A stretch of 64,000 nucleotides of DNA from an uncultured Gemmatimonadaceae bacterium (GTDB taxonomy: Bacteria; Gemmatimonadota; Gemmatimonadetes; Gemmatimonadales; Gemmatimonadaceae): assembly GCA_963781585.1 (NCBI GenBank), contig CAWAGQ010000016.1, forward strand, positions 1 through 64,000. The letters run 5' to 3'. Every line of letters begins with the position of its first letter. The first letter of the stretch is position 1. A program made the position numbers and the translations under genes. The notes under the pieces are model-generated. The model was given only the letters and a program-made list of their open reading frames with translations. It searched no databases and was not told the DNA's origin. This document shows positions 28,915 to 38,444 of the stretch, in pieces.

Positions 28915-30510
28915 ATGACCCGGTGCGCCAGGTTCCTCGCCCCGCCGCTGGCCGCCGGGCTGCTCGGATTCAGCGGTCTGCCCGTGGCGGCAGCGGGTCA
29001 GGGAGCGATCCTCCCCGGCTCCGAGAGCCGGTCGCCGATCATCGTATCGTCCAAACCATTCGGCGAATCGTATCTGCTGGCGGAAATGTTCGCGCAACTG
29101 CTCGAGGCACGTGGGTTCACCGTGGACCGGCGACCCGGACTGGGCGCCACCGAGATCGCGTTCGGCGCGCTCCGTTCCGGCGACATCGACGTCTATCCCG
29201 AGTACACCGGGACCGGACTGCTGGCGATTCTCGGTGAGAGCGCGGTGGGTGACGCCGAGACCGTGTATCAGCGCGTGTCCGCCGAATTCCGCCGCCGGTT
29301 CGGCGTGCGCTGGCTGCCGCCCCTGGGTTTCGAGAACACCTACGCGATCGCGGTCCGCCATGAGACCGCCGACTCGTTAGGCATCCGCACCCTGAGCGAT
29401 CTGGCGCGGGTGAGCGCGCGGCTCCGGGCCGGCTTCACCCCCGACTTCATCGGCCGGCCCGACGGCCTCCCCGGACTGGAACGGACGTACGGCATCCGGC
29501 TCGCCGGCGTGCGATCGCTCCTCCCCGCGGTCAAGTATCAGGCGCTGGCGGGAGGCGAGGTCGATGTCATCGACGGCTACTCGACCGACGGCTTCCTCGC
29601 CCGGTACGATCTGGTCGTTCTCACGGACGACCGTCACTTCTTCCCGCCGTACCAGGCGGCCGCGCTGGTCGGTCCGCGCCTGCAGGAGCGCGCCCCCGCC
29701 GCGCTCGCCGCACTCACGGAGCTCAGCGGACGGCTCGACCCCGCCCGCATGCGCGCCCTGAACGAGCGGGTCGAGATGGCCGGTGAGCCCATTCCCGCGG
29801 TTGCCCGGAGCGCCCTCGACGATCTGGGACTCACCTCGGCCCCGGCCGGAGCTTCGGGACCGGTCGCCCGCGGTGGGGCGCCGTCGCTCGTTCGCTACCT
29901 GCTGGATCGCCGCGGCGACATTGCCGCCATGACCGGACGCCACCTGTTGCTGGTGGGCATCTCGCTGCTCGCGGCGATCGCGCTGGCGGTGCCGGCCGGA
30001 CTGTTGCTCGTCCGCGTGCCCCGCGCCGCGGAAGGGGTGATCCGCGCAGCCGGGGTCATCCAGACCCTGCCGGGCATCGCCCTGCTCGCCTTCATGCTTC
30101 CCGTGCTCGGGATCGGGGTTGTGCCCGCACTGACCGCGCTCTTCCTCTACTCGGTCTATCCGATCCTGCGAAACACCTATACCGGCGTCCGGGACGCCGA
30201 CCGGTCGGCCGTCGGTGCCGCCACCGCGTTAGGCATGACGCGCGGACAGGTCTTGCGCTACGTGCGCTTTCCGCTGGCCGCGCCCGTGATCATGGCCGGG
30301 ATTCGGACGGCGGCGGTGATCAATGTCGGCACCGCGACGCTGGCGGCGTTCATCGGCGCCGGCGGCCTCGGGGACCCGATCGTCGCCGGCCTCGCCCTGT
30401 CGGACACCCGGATGATCCTGTCCGGCGCGATCCCTGCGGCCGCCCTCGCCCTCGTGATCGACGGCGTGCTGGCTCTGGGCGAGCGCGTCCTCGTCCCGGG
30501 GCACCAATGA
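28915..30510 (+). CDS. Fused quaternary-amine substrate-binding protein plus permease (OsmF/OpuBC/EgtU-type)
   Basis: Signal peptide; YPEYTGT, FENTYA, RPDG, DGYSTDG, FFPPY; C-terminal permease with AATALGM and AAFIGAGGLG. Confidence 0.92.
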   Translation: MTRCARFLAPPLAAGLLGFSGLPVAAAGQGAILPGSESRSPIIVSSKPFGESYLLAEMFAQLLEARGFTVDRRPGLGATEIAFGALRSGDIDVYPEYTGTGLLAILGESAVGDAETVYQRVSAEFRRRFGVRWLPPLGFENTYAIAVRHETADSLGIRTLSDLARVSARLRAGFTPDFIGRPDGLPGLERTYGIRLAGVRSLLPAVKYQALAGGEVDVIDGYSTDGFLARYDLVVLTDDRHFFPPYQAAALVGPRLQERAPAALAALTELSGRLDPARMRALNERVEMAGEPIPAVARSALDDLGLTSAPAGASGPVARGGAPSLVRYLLDRRGDIAAMTGRHLLLVGISLLAAIALAVPAGLLLVRVPRAAEGVIRAAGVIQTLPGIALLAFMLPVLGIGVVPALTALFLYSVYPILRNTYTGVRDADRSAVGAATALGMTRGQVLRYVRFPLAAPVIMAGIRTAAVINVGTATLAAFIGAGGLGDPIVAGLALSDTRMILSGAIPAAALALVIDGVLALGERVLVPGHQ

Positions 30511-30560
30511 GGAATCGCGGCGAGGCCAGGTCACCAGTCGCCCTGCCCCGGCGCCACCCC

Positions 30561-30566
30561 TAGAAT
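30561..30566 (+). promoter_or_regulatory. -10 element of a probable leaderless aspA transcript
   Basis: TAGAAT ends 6 nt upstream of the ATG at 30573; no SD sequence. Confidence 0.5.
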
Positions 30567-30572
30567 TCTGCC

Positions 30573-32426
30573 ATGACCACGGCCGCCATTCGCGAGCAGT
30601 TGCGCACCACGAGGTTCCTCGACGGGCTCACCGACACCGCGATCCACCAGCTGGCGCGCCTTGTTTCCCACGCCCGGTACGAGAGTGATCAACTCCTCTT
30701 CGAAGAGGGCGGCCCACGCCAGTTCGCTGCCATTCTGGTCTCCGGCGCCGTGGCGGTGGAGAAGCGCGTCAACGGACGCCCGGTGCGCCTGGTCACCCTC
30801 GGCGCCGGCGAAGCGGTGGGTGAGGGGCTGCTCCTCGACGCCTCGGCCCACGGCACCAGCGCGCGGACACTGCAGCCAACCGAGGCGTACGTGCTGACCG
30901 TGGAACGGGTGCAGGAAATCGTCAAGGACTTTCCGGTGCTCTACGCGGCGCTCGTGGGGCGCGCGGCACGCGCCATCTCCCGGCGGCTCGCCGCCACCGA
31001 TGCCACGATCGTTGGGCGCGGTCGAGCGCTGGGATTCGGCGGCGCGCGCACCCGCACTGAACACGACCTCATCGGCGACCGGGACGTTCCCGACGACGCG
31101 CTGTACGGCGTCCAGACGCTCCGCGCCCTCGAGAACTTTCCCATCACCGGCGTCGCGCTTCGCGAGTTTCCGGCGCTGATCGACGCGCTGGCCGCGGTGA
31201 AGGAGGCGGCCGCCCTCGCCAACGCGGAACTGGGACTGCTGGACGCTGAGCGCTGCGACGCCATCGTGCGTGCGGCCCGCGAGGTACGCGCCGGGCGCCA
31301 TCACGAACACTTCCTGGTGGACATGATCCAAGGGGGCGCCGGCACGTCCACCAACATGAACGGCAACGAGGTGATCGCCAATCGCGCGCTGGAGCTGTTG
31401 GGCGACCGGCGAGGCAACTACCAGCGCATCCACCCCAACAATCATGTCAATCTCAGCCAGTCCACCAACGACGTCTATCCAACCGCGGTGCGCATCGCGC
31501 TGCACGGAGAGATCGAGCGCCTTCGCGTGCCGATGCGCGAGCTCGCGGAGGCGTTCATACACAAGGGACGCGACTTTTCATCCTTCCTGAAGTTGGGGCG
31601 CACCCAGCTTCAGGATGCGGTGCCCATGACGCTGGGTCAGGAGTTCGCCGCGTTCGGACATACCATTCTCGAAGACGTCGAGCGCCTCGGCGAATCCCTC
31701 GCCCTCATTCGCGAGATCAACATGGGGGCCACGGCCATCGGAACGGGGATCACCGCTGCGCCGGGCTACACCGAACTCGTGCGCAAGAAGCTGTCGGAGA
31801 TCTGTGGCCTGGACCTGGTCACGTCGCCCGATCTGATCGAGGCGACGTCCGATACCGGCGTCTTTGTGCAATTGTCCGGGGTGCTCAAGCGGTGCGCGGT
31901 CAAGCTCTCGAAGATCTGCAATGACATTCGCCTGCTGAGCTCGGGACCGCGCGCCGGATTCGGTGAGATCAACCTTCCCGCTGTGCAACCCGGGTCGTCG
32001 ATCATGCCCGGGAAGGTCAACCCCGTCATTCCCGAAGTGGTGAACCAGGTCTGCTTCGACGTGATCGGCGGCGACGTCACGGTGACCCTCGCCGCCGAGG
32101 CAGGCCAGCTCCAGCTCAACGCGTTCGAGCCGGTGATCGCGTACCGCCTCCTTCGCAGTATCGATTCGTTGTGCAATGCGTGTGCTGTACTGCGGACCAG
32201 ATGCGTGGAGGGCATCACGCCCAATGCCGACCGGATGCGGCAGACGGTGGAACATTCGATCGGCATCGTGACCGCGCTTGTTCCCGAAATCGGGTACACC
32301 AGGGCCACGGAGATCGCGCGCGAGGCACTCGAGACCGGTCGAGGCGTGTTCGAGATCGTCCTGAAGAAGAAGATCCTGACCCGTGAGCGGCTGGACGAAC
32401 TCCTGAATCCGTCGTCGATGGTGTAG
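30573..32426 (+). CDS. aspA: Aspartate ammonia-lyase with N-terminal cyclic-nucleotide-binding (CAP_ED) domain
   Basis: N-terminal LFEEG..ILVSGAVAV..LGAGEAVGE; then DLIG, YGVQT.RA.ENF, QGGAGTSTNMN, QSTND, GRTQLQDA and GSSIMPGKVNP. Confidence 0.93.
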   Translation: MTTAAIREQLRTTRFLDGLTDTAIHQLARLVSHARYESDQLLFEEGGPRQFAAILVSGAVAVEKRVNGRPVRLVTLGAGEAVGEGLLLDASAHGTSARTLQPTEAYVLTVERVQEIVKDFPVLYAALVGRAARAISRRLAATDATIVGRGRALGFGGARTRTEHDLIGDRDVPDDALYGVQTLRALENFPITGVALREFPALIDALAAVKEAAALANAELGLLDAERCDAIVRAAREVRAGRHHEHFLVDMIQGGAGTSTNMNGNEVIANRALELLGDRRGNYQRIHPNNHVNLSQSTNDVYPTAVRIALHGEIERLRVPMRELAEAFIHKGRDFSSFLKLGRTQLQDAVPMTLGQEFAAFGHTILEDVERLGESLALIREINMGATAIGTGITAAPGYTELVRKKLSEICGLDLVTSPDLIEATSDTGVFVQLSGVLKRCAVKLSKICNDIRLLSSGPRAGFGEINLPAVQPGSSIMPGKVNPVIPEVVNQVCFDVIGGDVTVTLAAEAGQLQLNAFEPVIAYRLLRSIDSLCNACAVLRTRCVEGITPNADRMRQTVEHSIGIVTALVPEIGYTRATEIAREALETGRGVFEIVLKKKILTRERLDELLNPSSMV

Positions 32427-32569
32427 AGGGAGAAGCTCATCGCTATTGCTCACGGATCGCGGCCATGACGAACAGCTCATGACCAGCGGTCCCGAGCCAC
32501 GGCCCGCAGGTTGGCCATGACCTGTCAGCGCCGACCCATGAACTCGATTCCGATCTCGCAAGCGCACAC

Positions 32570-32926
32570 ATGCCTCCCCATCTCGACGGCGCCGGACAAG
32601 CCAAGCTCCACACCCTCGATGACGCGCTCAATCAGCTGCAGCGGGTGAACACGATCGTGGAGCGGATGGCAGTGGCGGCGCGTGCCCAGGAGAACACCGG
32701 TATGCATCGCCAGCAGATCCACCGTGCGGTGAGTCCGATGGTGACGTTGCTCAAGCCACAGTTCGGCGTGCTCAGCGATCAGCTCGCGCACCTGAATCTG
32801 GTGGCCTCTCGCGGTGGAACCGATAACGCGAAGGTACGCGGCCTGCGCGAGGCCGTGGCGCAGATCCGGGCCCAGATCGAGGTCACCATGGCCAAGGTGC
32901 GGGAACAGCACACCACAACGGAGTGA
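32570..32926 (+). CDS. Hypothetical alpha-helical protein (118 aa)
   Basis: Good codon bias; amphipathic helices. Confidence 0.7.
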   Translation: MPPHLDGAGQAKLHTLDDALNQLQRVNTIVERMAVAARAQENTGMHRQQIHRAVSPMVTLLKPQFGVLSDQLAHLNLVASRGGTDNAKVRGLREAVAQIRAQIEVTMAKVREQHTTTE

Positions 32927-33037
32927 GGGGCCGGCCGCAAGGCGGCGTTGCCACGACTCCGGTCCGATCGGTCGCCGTGACGGCCAGAGCGCGGCTAAGT
33001 TCTTGCGCTGTCGACGAAAACTGTTTGCGTGCGAAGC

Positions 33038-33066
33038 TTGATTAGGCCCTGCAGCACGGGTAGTTT
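33038..33066 (+). promoter_or_regulatory. Putative sigma70 promoter of the caa3 operon
   Basis: TTGATT-N17-TAGTTT. Confidence 0.55.
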
Positions 33067-33132
33067 TTCCGCCGTCTCTCGCCCCGCCACGACGGGCGTC
33101 CCTGTTCCGACGACATCCACCCGAACACCCGC

Positions 33133-34410
33133 ATGACACGGAATTCCCGCCCGCGTCAGGTTGTGGTTGCCGCTTGCTGCCTCGTCGTGCTGGCTATACT
33201 GGCCGCCTGCTCGGGCGCATACCCCAATTCCACGTTCAGCCACCACACGGATTTCGCCCGCGCGCTGACCGATCTGTGGTGGCGGTCGCTGATGTTCTGG
33301 GGAACGCTCGTGTTCGTGATCGTCGAGGGGATCCTCATCGTGGCGATCGTGCGGTTTCGACGGCGGCCAGGGTCGCCCGAACCCGAACACGTGCACGGCA
33401 ATACCGTGCTCGAGCTCACTTGGACCCTCGCGCCGGCCCTGATTCTGGCGCTGATCGCCGTACCGACCATCCGCACCATCTTCAAGACGCAGGCGCCCGC
33501 CCCAGCGGGCTCGCTCGAGGTGCAGGTGACCGGGCACCAGTGGTGGTGGGAGTTCAGCTATCCTGAGCTTGGCGTGACCACGGCGAACGAGCTGTATCTC
33601 CCGACCGGCCGCAGCGTGGATTTCACTCTGCGGACCAACGATGTCATCCACTCATTCTGGATCCCCCAACTCGGTGGAAAGCGCGACGCGGTCAGCAACC
33701 GGACGAACCACATGTGGTTCACCACGGACTCCACCGGCATCGCGGCATACAATGGCAGCTGCAACGAATACTGCGGCGCGTCGCACGCAAACATGCGCTT
33801 CCGCGTGTTCACCGTGTCGCCCGAGGACTTCGAACGATGGGTAGCGCATCAAAAAGCGCCGGCGGCGTTCGGCGCCGCGACAACCCAGCCCGTGGCAGCG
33901 ACACCGGGATCCGTTCCCGGTGCCGGCGGGAATGTGGCTGGTGCGCCCTCGCCGCAGGTCGCCGCCGCCAGTGAACCGTATGCCTTTCCGCGCGATCAGG
34001 TCCCCGACTTCGTCATGCCCAGGACGCCGATCCCCGCGGGTCTCACCTTCCCCGACACCCTGCTCGCCGCGGGGGACCCGCAGCGGGGCATGCAGCTCTA
34101 CAGCCGGAGTATCTGCATCGGCTGCCACCGCATTCGCGGCAATCCGATGTCGGTGGGTGTTATCGGACCCGACCTCACGCATGTGGCGTCACGGCTGACC
34201 ATCGCCGCCGGTATCTACCCCAATGACGCGAAGCACTTGGCCCTCTGGATCAAGAATGCCCGGCGCATGAAGCCGCTGTCGGCGCTGAGCATGCCCACCC
34301 TCGGCGTGGGCGAGACAGATCCGATCACCAGGATGCGGATCACCCGCCAAACCGGCCTCACCGACCAGCAGATCGCCGACGTGGTAGCGTATCTGCGGTC
34401 GCTCAAGTAG
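33133..34410 (+). CDS. coxB: Cytochrome c oxidase subunit II with fused cytochrome c (caa3 type)
   Basis: Lipobox LAA|C; GHQWWWEFSY; DVIHSFW; CuA motif CNEYCGASHANM; heme c motif CIGCH. Confidence 0.95.
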   Translation: MTRNSRPRQVVVAACCLVVLAILAACSGAYPNSTFSHHTDFARALTDLWWRSLMFWGTLVFVIVEGILIVAIVRFRRRPGSPEPEHVHGNTVLELTWTLAPALILALIAVPTIRTIFKTQAPAPAGSLEVQVTGHQWWWEFSYPELGVTTANELYLPTGRSVDFTLRTNDVIHSFWIPQLGGKRDAVSNRTNHMWFTTDSTGIAAYNGSCNEYCGASHANMRFRVFTVSPEDFERWVAHQKAPAAFGAATTQPVAATPGSVPGAGGNVAGAPSPQVAAASEPYAFPRDQVPDFVMPRTPIPAGLTFPDTLLAAGDPQRGMQLYSRSICIGCHRIRGNPMSVGVIGPDLTHVASRLTIAAGIYPNDAKHLALWIKNARRMKPLSALSMPTLGVGETDPITRMRITRQTGLTDQQIADVVAYLRSLK

Positions 34411-34501
34411 GCAGGGCCGAGATGATCGCGTGCCACCCGGGTTTCGTCAGGCGTCCTGAATCTCCGCTTCCTCATTCACCGCTTCGGGTTCCCAGTCTCT
34501 G

Positions 34502-36463
34502 ATGGCCACCATCGCTGCAGCCCCGACGTACGCCGGCGCGGAGCGCACCGGACGATCCGCGTTCATGGTGTGGCTCACGACCGTCGATCACAAGAAGATC
34601 GGTACCCTGTACCTGCACACCGCGCTGGCGTTCTTCGTGCTCGGCGGCATCGAAGCCGTCATCATGCGCTACCAGCTGATGCGGCCCAACATGCAGGCGG
34701 TGTCGGCGGAGACGTTCAATCAGCTGTTCACGATGCACGGCACGACGATGGTGTTTCTCGTCATCATGCCGCTGTCGGCTGCCTTCTTCAACTTCCTCAT
34801 TCCCCTGCAGATCGGGGCGCGTGACGTCGCCTTCCCGCGGCTGAATGCCTTCAGCTACTGGGTGTACCTTCTGGGCGGACTGTTCATCTCGATCCCGATC
34901 CTGTTCAACGCGGCGCCGGACGGCGGCTGGTTCGCGTACGCTCCGCTCACCACCAAGACGTACTCGGTGGGTCAGAACATGAACTTCTGGGTGCTGGGCA
35001 TCCAGATTCTCGGCATCTCTTCGCTGGCCGCCGCGTTCAACTTCGTCACTACCATCATCAATCTGCGTGCGCCAGGCATGAATCTGATGCGCATGCCGAT
35101 GTTCACCTGGATGTCGTTCGTGGTGCAATGGCTGATCATCCTCGCCTTTCCGGTGATCACCATCGCGTTGTTCTTCCTCCAGTTCGATCGCTTCTTCGGA
35201 ACGAATTTCTACACGGTCACGGCGGGCGCCGACCCGCTGCTCTGGCAGCACCTGTTCTGGATCTTCGGGCATCCGGAGGTCTACATCCTCGTGCTGCCCG
35301 CGTTCGGCCTGGTCTCCGAGGTCCTGCCGACGCACTCGCGCAAGCCGCTCTTCGGCTATCCGGTGATGGCGTATTCCGGGATTCTCATCGGCTTCCTGGG
35401 GTTCGGCGTGTGGGCGCACCACATGTTCGCGGTCGGGATGGGACCGATTCCGGATGCGGTCTTCGCCCTGACCACCATGCTGATCGCGATTCCCACCGGC
35501 GTGAAGATCTTCAACTGGATCTTCACCATGTGGGGCGGATCCATCCGCTTCACCACCTCGATGAAGTTCGCCATCGCGCTGATCGCGATGTTCACCATCG
35601 GCGGCATCTCGGGGATATCGCACGCCTCACCGCCGTCGGACCTCCAGCAAACCGACACGTACTACATCGTCGCCCATTTCCACTATGTGCTCTACGGCGG
35701 CGCCATCATGGGGATCTTCGCCGGCATTTACCACTACTTCCCGAAGATGTACGGTCGGTTGATGAGCGAGAAGCTCGGCAGCTGGCACTTCTGGCTCAAC
35801 TTCATCGCGTTCAATCTCACGTTCTTCCCGATGCACTTCTCGGGCATGCTGGGCATGCCACGCCGCATCTACACGTACGACGCCGGCCAGGGATGGGAAG
35901 TGTTCAACCTGCTTTCGTCGCTCGGCGCATTCCTCTTCGTGCCGTCGTTCCTGGTCTTCTTCTGGAATTTCTTCCGCTCCAAACGCCACGGTGAAGTCTG
36001 CGGCGCCAACCCCTGGGATGCGGCCACGCTCGAGTGGTCGATTCCCTCGCCACCGCCGGAGTACAACTTCGCCCAGATTCCGATGGTGAAATCGCGCTAT
36101 CCGCTCTGGGACCTCACCCATCCGGAACGGATGGTGGAGATTCCCCACTCGGAGACAGGATGGGACGAGGCCCGCCATCGCACCGGTGAGCATGTCACCA
36201 GAGGCGGCGCGCACGAAGCCGACGTGGCGCCCATGCACATCGAAGCGGAGCCGAAATCCGCGGCGGAACTCGGCATTCCGATGCCCACCCCGACCATCCG
36301 ACCCCTGTTCGTCGCCGTCGGCATTCTCGTGCTGCTCTCGGGCCTGCCGTTCCTGTACGCGCAGAAGAAGCCGATCGCCTTCACGTGCATCGCGGTGGGC
36401 GCGCTCGTTCTCGTCACCTCACTCTACGACTGGTTGACCACACCGCTGGAGGACGAACACTGA
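34502..36463 (+). CDS. ctaD: Cytochrome c oxidase subunit I (A1 type)
   Basis: TVDHKKIG, TMHG, GHPEVY, WAHH, HFHYV and GMPRR motifs. Confidence 0.97.
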   Translation: MATIAAAPTYAGAERTGRSAFMVWLTTVDHKKIGTLYLHTALAFFVLGGIEAVIMRYQLMRPNMQAVSAETFNQLFTMHGTTMVFLVIMPLSAAFFNFLIPLQIGARDVAFPRLNAFSYWVYLLGGLFISIPILFNAAPDGGWFAYAPLTTKTYSVGQNMNFWVLGIQILGISSLAAAFNFVTTIINLRAPGMNLMRMPMFTWMSFVVQWLIILAFPVITIALFFLQFDRFFGTNFYTVTAGADPLLWQHLFWIFGHPEVYILVLPAFGLVSEVLPTHSRKPLFGYPVMAYSGILIGFLGFGVWAHHMFAVGMGPIPDAVFALTTMLIAIPTGVKIFNWIFTMWGGSIRFTTSMKFAIALIAMFTIGGISGISHASPPSDLQQTDTYYIVAHFHYVLYGGAIMGIFAGIYHYFPKMYGRLMSEKLGSWHFWLNFIAFNLTFFPMHFSGMLGMPRRIYTYDAGQGWEVFNLLSSLGAFLFVPSFLVFFWNFFRSKRHGEVCGANPWDAATLEWSIPSPPPEYNFAQIPMVKSRYPLWDLTHPERMVEIPHSETGWDEARHRTGEHVTRGGAHEADVAPMHIEAEPKSAAELGIPMPTPTIRPLFVAVGILVLLSGLPFLYAQKKPIAFTCIAVGALVLVTSLYDWLTTPLEDEH

Positions 36464-36557
36464 GGCCACCGGGGCCGCGGGAGACGGCAGTCCTCCGGAG
36501 CCCCCACCCTGCGCCGCCCAATTCCTCGCCGACACACGCTTCTGGAGACCAACCCTC

Positions 36558-37244
36558 TTGGCTACAGCCGCCGTTCCTGACGCCCACGCGCACCAGCATC
36601 ACTACACCTCCACAGGCCTCGACAGCCGGAAGGTCGCCATTTGGACCTTCATCGGGTCGGAGTGCATGCTGTTCGCTTCGCTCATCTCGACCTACCTGAT
36701 CTACAAGGGACGGAGCGTGATCGGGCCGTTCCCGCACCAGGCGTGGACCGACCCGCAGACCGGCCAGGCGTACAAGGCAATCCTGAACATTCCCGTGACG
36801 TCGATCTCCACCTTCGTGCTTCTCATGTCGTCCCTGGCGATGGTACTCGCCCTGGCCGCCGTCGAGAATCGCAACAAGCCACTGCCACCGAATGCAGGCT
36901 GGTGGCACCGGAAGGTGCTCACGTCCTCGCGCTTCTGGCTGCTCATGACGTGCCTGCTGGGCGCCACCTTCCTTGGCTTCCAGTCCTACGAGTTCACGTC
37001 GTTCGTGCACGAAGGTCTCTCGATCCGGCGCAACCTGTTCGGATCGTCATTCTTCACGCTGACCGGGTTCCACGGCGCACACGTGACCGCGGGCGTGATC
37101 TGGCTCGGCACCCTCCTTGCGATCGATATGAAGCGCGGCCTCCAGCCCAAGGACTCGCTCCTGGTCGACATCGCCGCGCTGTACTGGCACTTCGTCGACG
37201 TGGTCTGGATCGCGATCTTCACGCTCGTCTACCTCATTCGCTAA
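36558..37244 (+). CDS. ctaE: Cytochrome c oxidase subunit III
   Basis: FIGSEC, FFTLTGFHGAHV and YWHFVDVVW motifs; TTG start. Confidence 0.93.
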   Translation: MATAAVPDAHAHQHHYTSTGLDSRKVAIWTFIGSECMLFASLISTYLIYKGRSVIGPFPHQAWTDPQTGQAYKAILNIPVTSISTFVLLMSSLAMVLALAAVENRNKPLPPNAGWWHRKVLTSSRFWLLMTCLLGATFLGFQSYEFTSFVHEGLSIRRNLFGSSFFTLTGFHGAHVTAGVIWLGTLLAIDMKRGLQPKDSLLVDIAALYWHFVDVVWIAIFTLVYLIR

Positions 37245-37255
37245 TCGGAGCCGGC

Positions 37256-37588
37256 ATGGCACACGACCACGCTGAAGCAATCAGCCCCGATCACGTTCAC
37301 GAGCATCCCACCTGGCACCAGTACAAGTGGGTGGCGTTCATCCTCACGGTCATCACGATGCTCGAGGTGTGGGCGTACTACATGCCCATTCTCGTGGCCT
37401 CGAAATTCTTCGTGCCTCTTCTGCTCGTCATGTCGGCTACAAAGTTCGCGATCGTGGTGATGTTCTACATGCACCTCAAGTACGACCACAAGCTGTTCCG
37501 GGCGCTGTTCACGGGCCCCCTCACCATCGCGATGGTAACGTTGATCGGGCTGATGTTCCTGTTCGCCAAGTTCGCGTCGGGCGCGTAG
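37256..37588 (+). CDS. Cytochrome c oxidase subunit IV
   Basis: Three TM helices; KFAIVVMFYMHLKYD motif; GGAG RBS. Confidence 0.9.
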   Translation: MAHDHAEAISPDHVHEHPTWHQYKWVAFILTVITMLEVWAYYMPILVASKFFVPLLLVMSATKFAIVVMFYMHLKYDHKLFRALFTGPLTIAMVTLIGLMFLFAKFASGA

Positions 37589-37590
37589 GA

Positions 37591-37657
37591 ATCAGCGGAC
37601 AGGGGTCAGCTATCAGCGACACGCGATCGCCTTTTTCTGTGGCCTGTGGCCTGTGGC
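37591..37657. repeat. Two adjacent 7-bp tandem repeat tracts between convergent genes
   Basis: ATCAGCG GACAGGG GTCAGCT ATCAGCG (37591-37618) and (CTGTGGC)3 (37637-37657). Confidence 0.7.
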
Positions 37658-37664
37658 CTGCTTC

Positions 37665-38168
37665 TTACCCGGACCCCAGCCTTCCGTCCTTGAGGGCCGC
37701 ATCCAGCCGGGGGATGACCTCCGGATGCTCGTGCACCAGATACCGCCCCATCAGGAACGCCGCGACGATATTCGCCGCGCCGATCTGATACCAGGCGATG
37801 CTTCCCAGCAACGAGCGCTGCAGCAGGACGATGAACCAGTAGAATCCCAGCTCGAACGCAACGAAAAGGATGAGGAAGCCGGCAAGAATCGACGGCTCGC
37901 GGTCCGACGCCCGGATCAGCGCCGCGGCGATGATACCGAAAACGAAGAACGCCGCGTAGTGGAAAGCCGTGTACAGCATCACATGCTCCAGCGGCCCCTC
38001 TCCACGGTTCGGACCCAAAACGTTCATCAGGGACTCTCCCAGCACCGAGGGAGTGTAGAGCGGGCGCCCACCCACGAGGTCAACGAAGAAAAACCAGACG
38101 GCTACCGACGTAGCACCCACCACCCCCGCAACGACCCCCTCCCGCAGCACTCTGTTTTTCTCGGTCAT
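37665..38168 (-). CDS. Hypothetical membrane protein
   Basis: REGVVAG...WFF..D...GRPLYTP..LG; about five TM helices; GGAGG RBS. Confidence 0.8.
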   Translation of the reverse strand: MTEKNRVLREGVVAGVVGATSVAVWFFFVDLVGGRPLYTPSVLGESLMNVLGPNRGEGPLEHVMLYTAFHYAAFFVFGIIAAALIRASDREPSILAGFLILFVAFELGFYWFIVLLQRSLLGSIAWYQIGAANIVAAFLMGRYLVHEHPEVIPRLDAALKDGRLGSG

Positions 38169-38444
38169 GGCGACCTCCCGGATCGTACAGGAAGGGTGGA
38201 CCTGTCTGCACCGGCACGCAAGCCGCGAGGTACAAGCCAATGTGACGACGCTGGCGAACACAGCCGACGCGGCCCTCTTCGCCCGGTGACCAGGTGAGTG
38301 TCCGTACAGGAATCCCGAGACGCGAGCGTTGTGATTCCCGTCGCATGGCACCGTTGCTGGGTCGCCGCACTTTCGTCCTCGTACAGGCAGGCATACCTTC
38401 CGAAGAACGATGTGGAACTCCGCTTCTCTGGTGCACATGGGCAA

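Noticed and set aside
32443..32466. Minus-strand peptide AAIREQ matching the start of AspA, suggesting inverted ends of an element
   Set aside because: Nucleotide match is poor (third positions differ); no transposase or target duplication; likely chance
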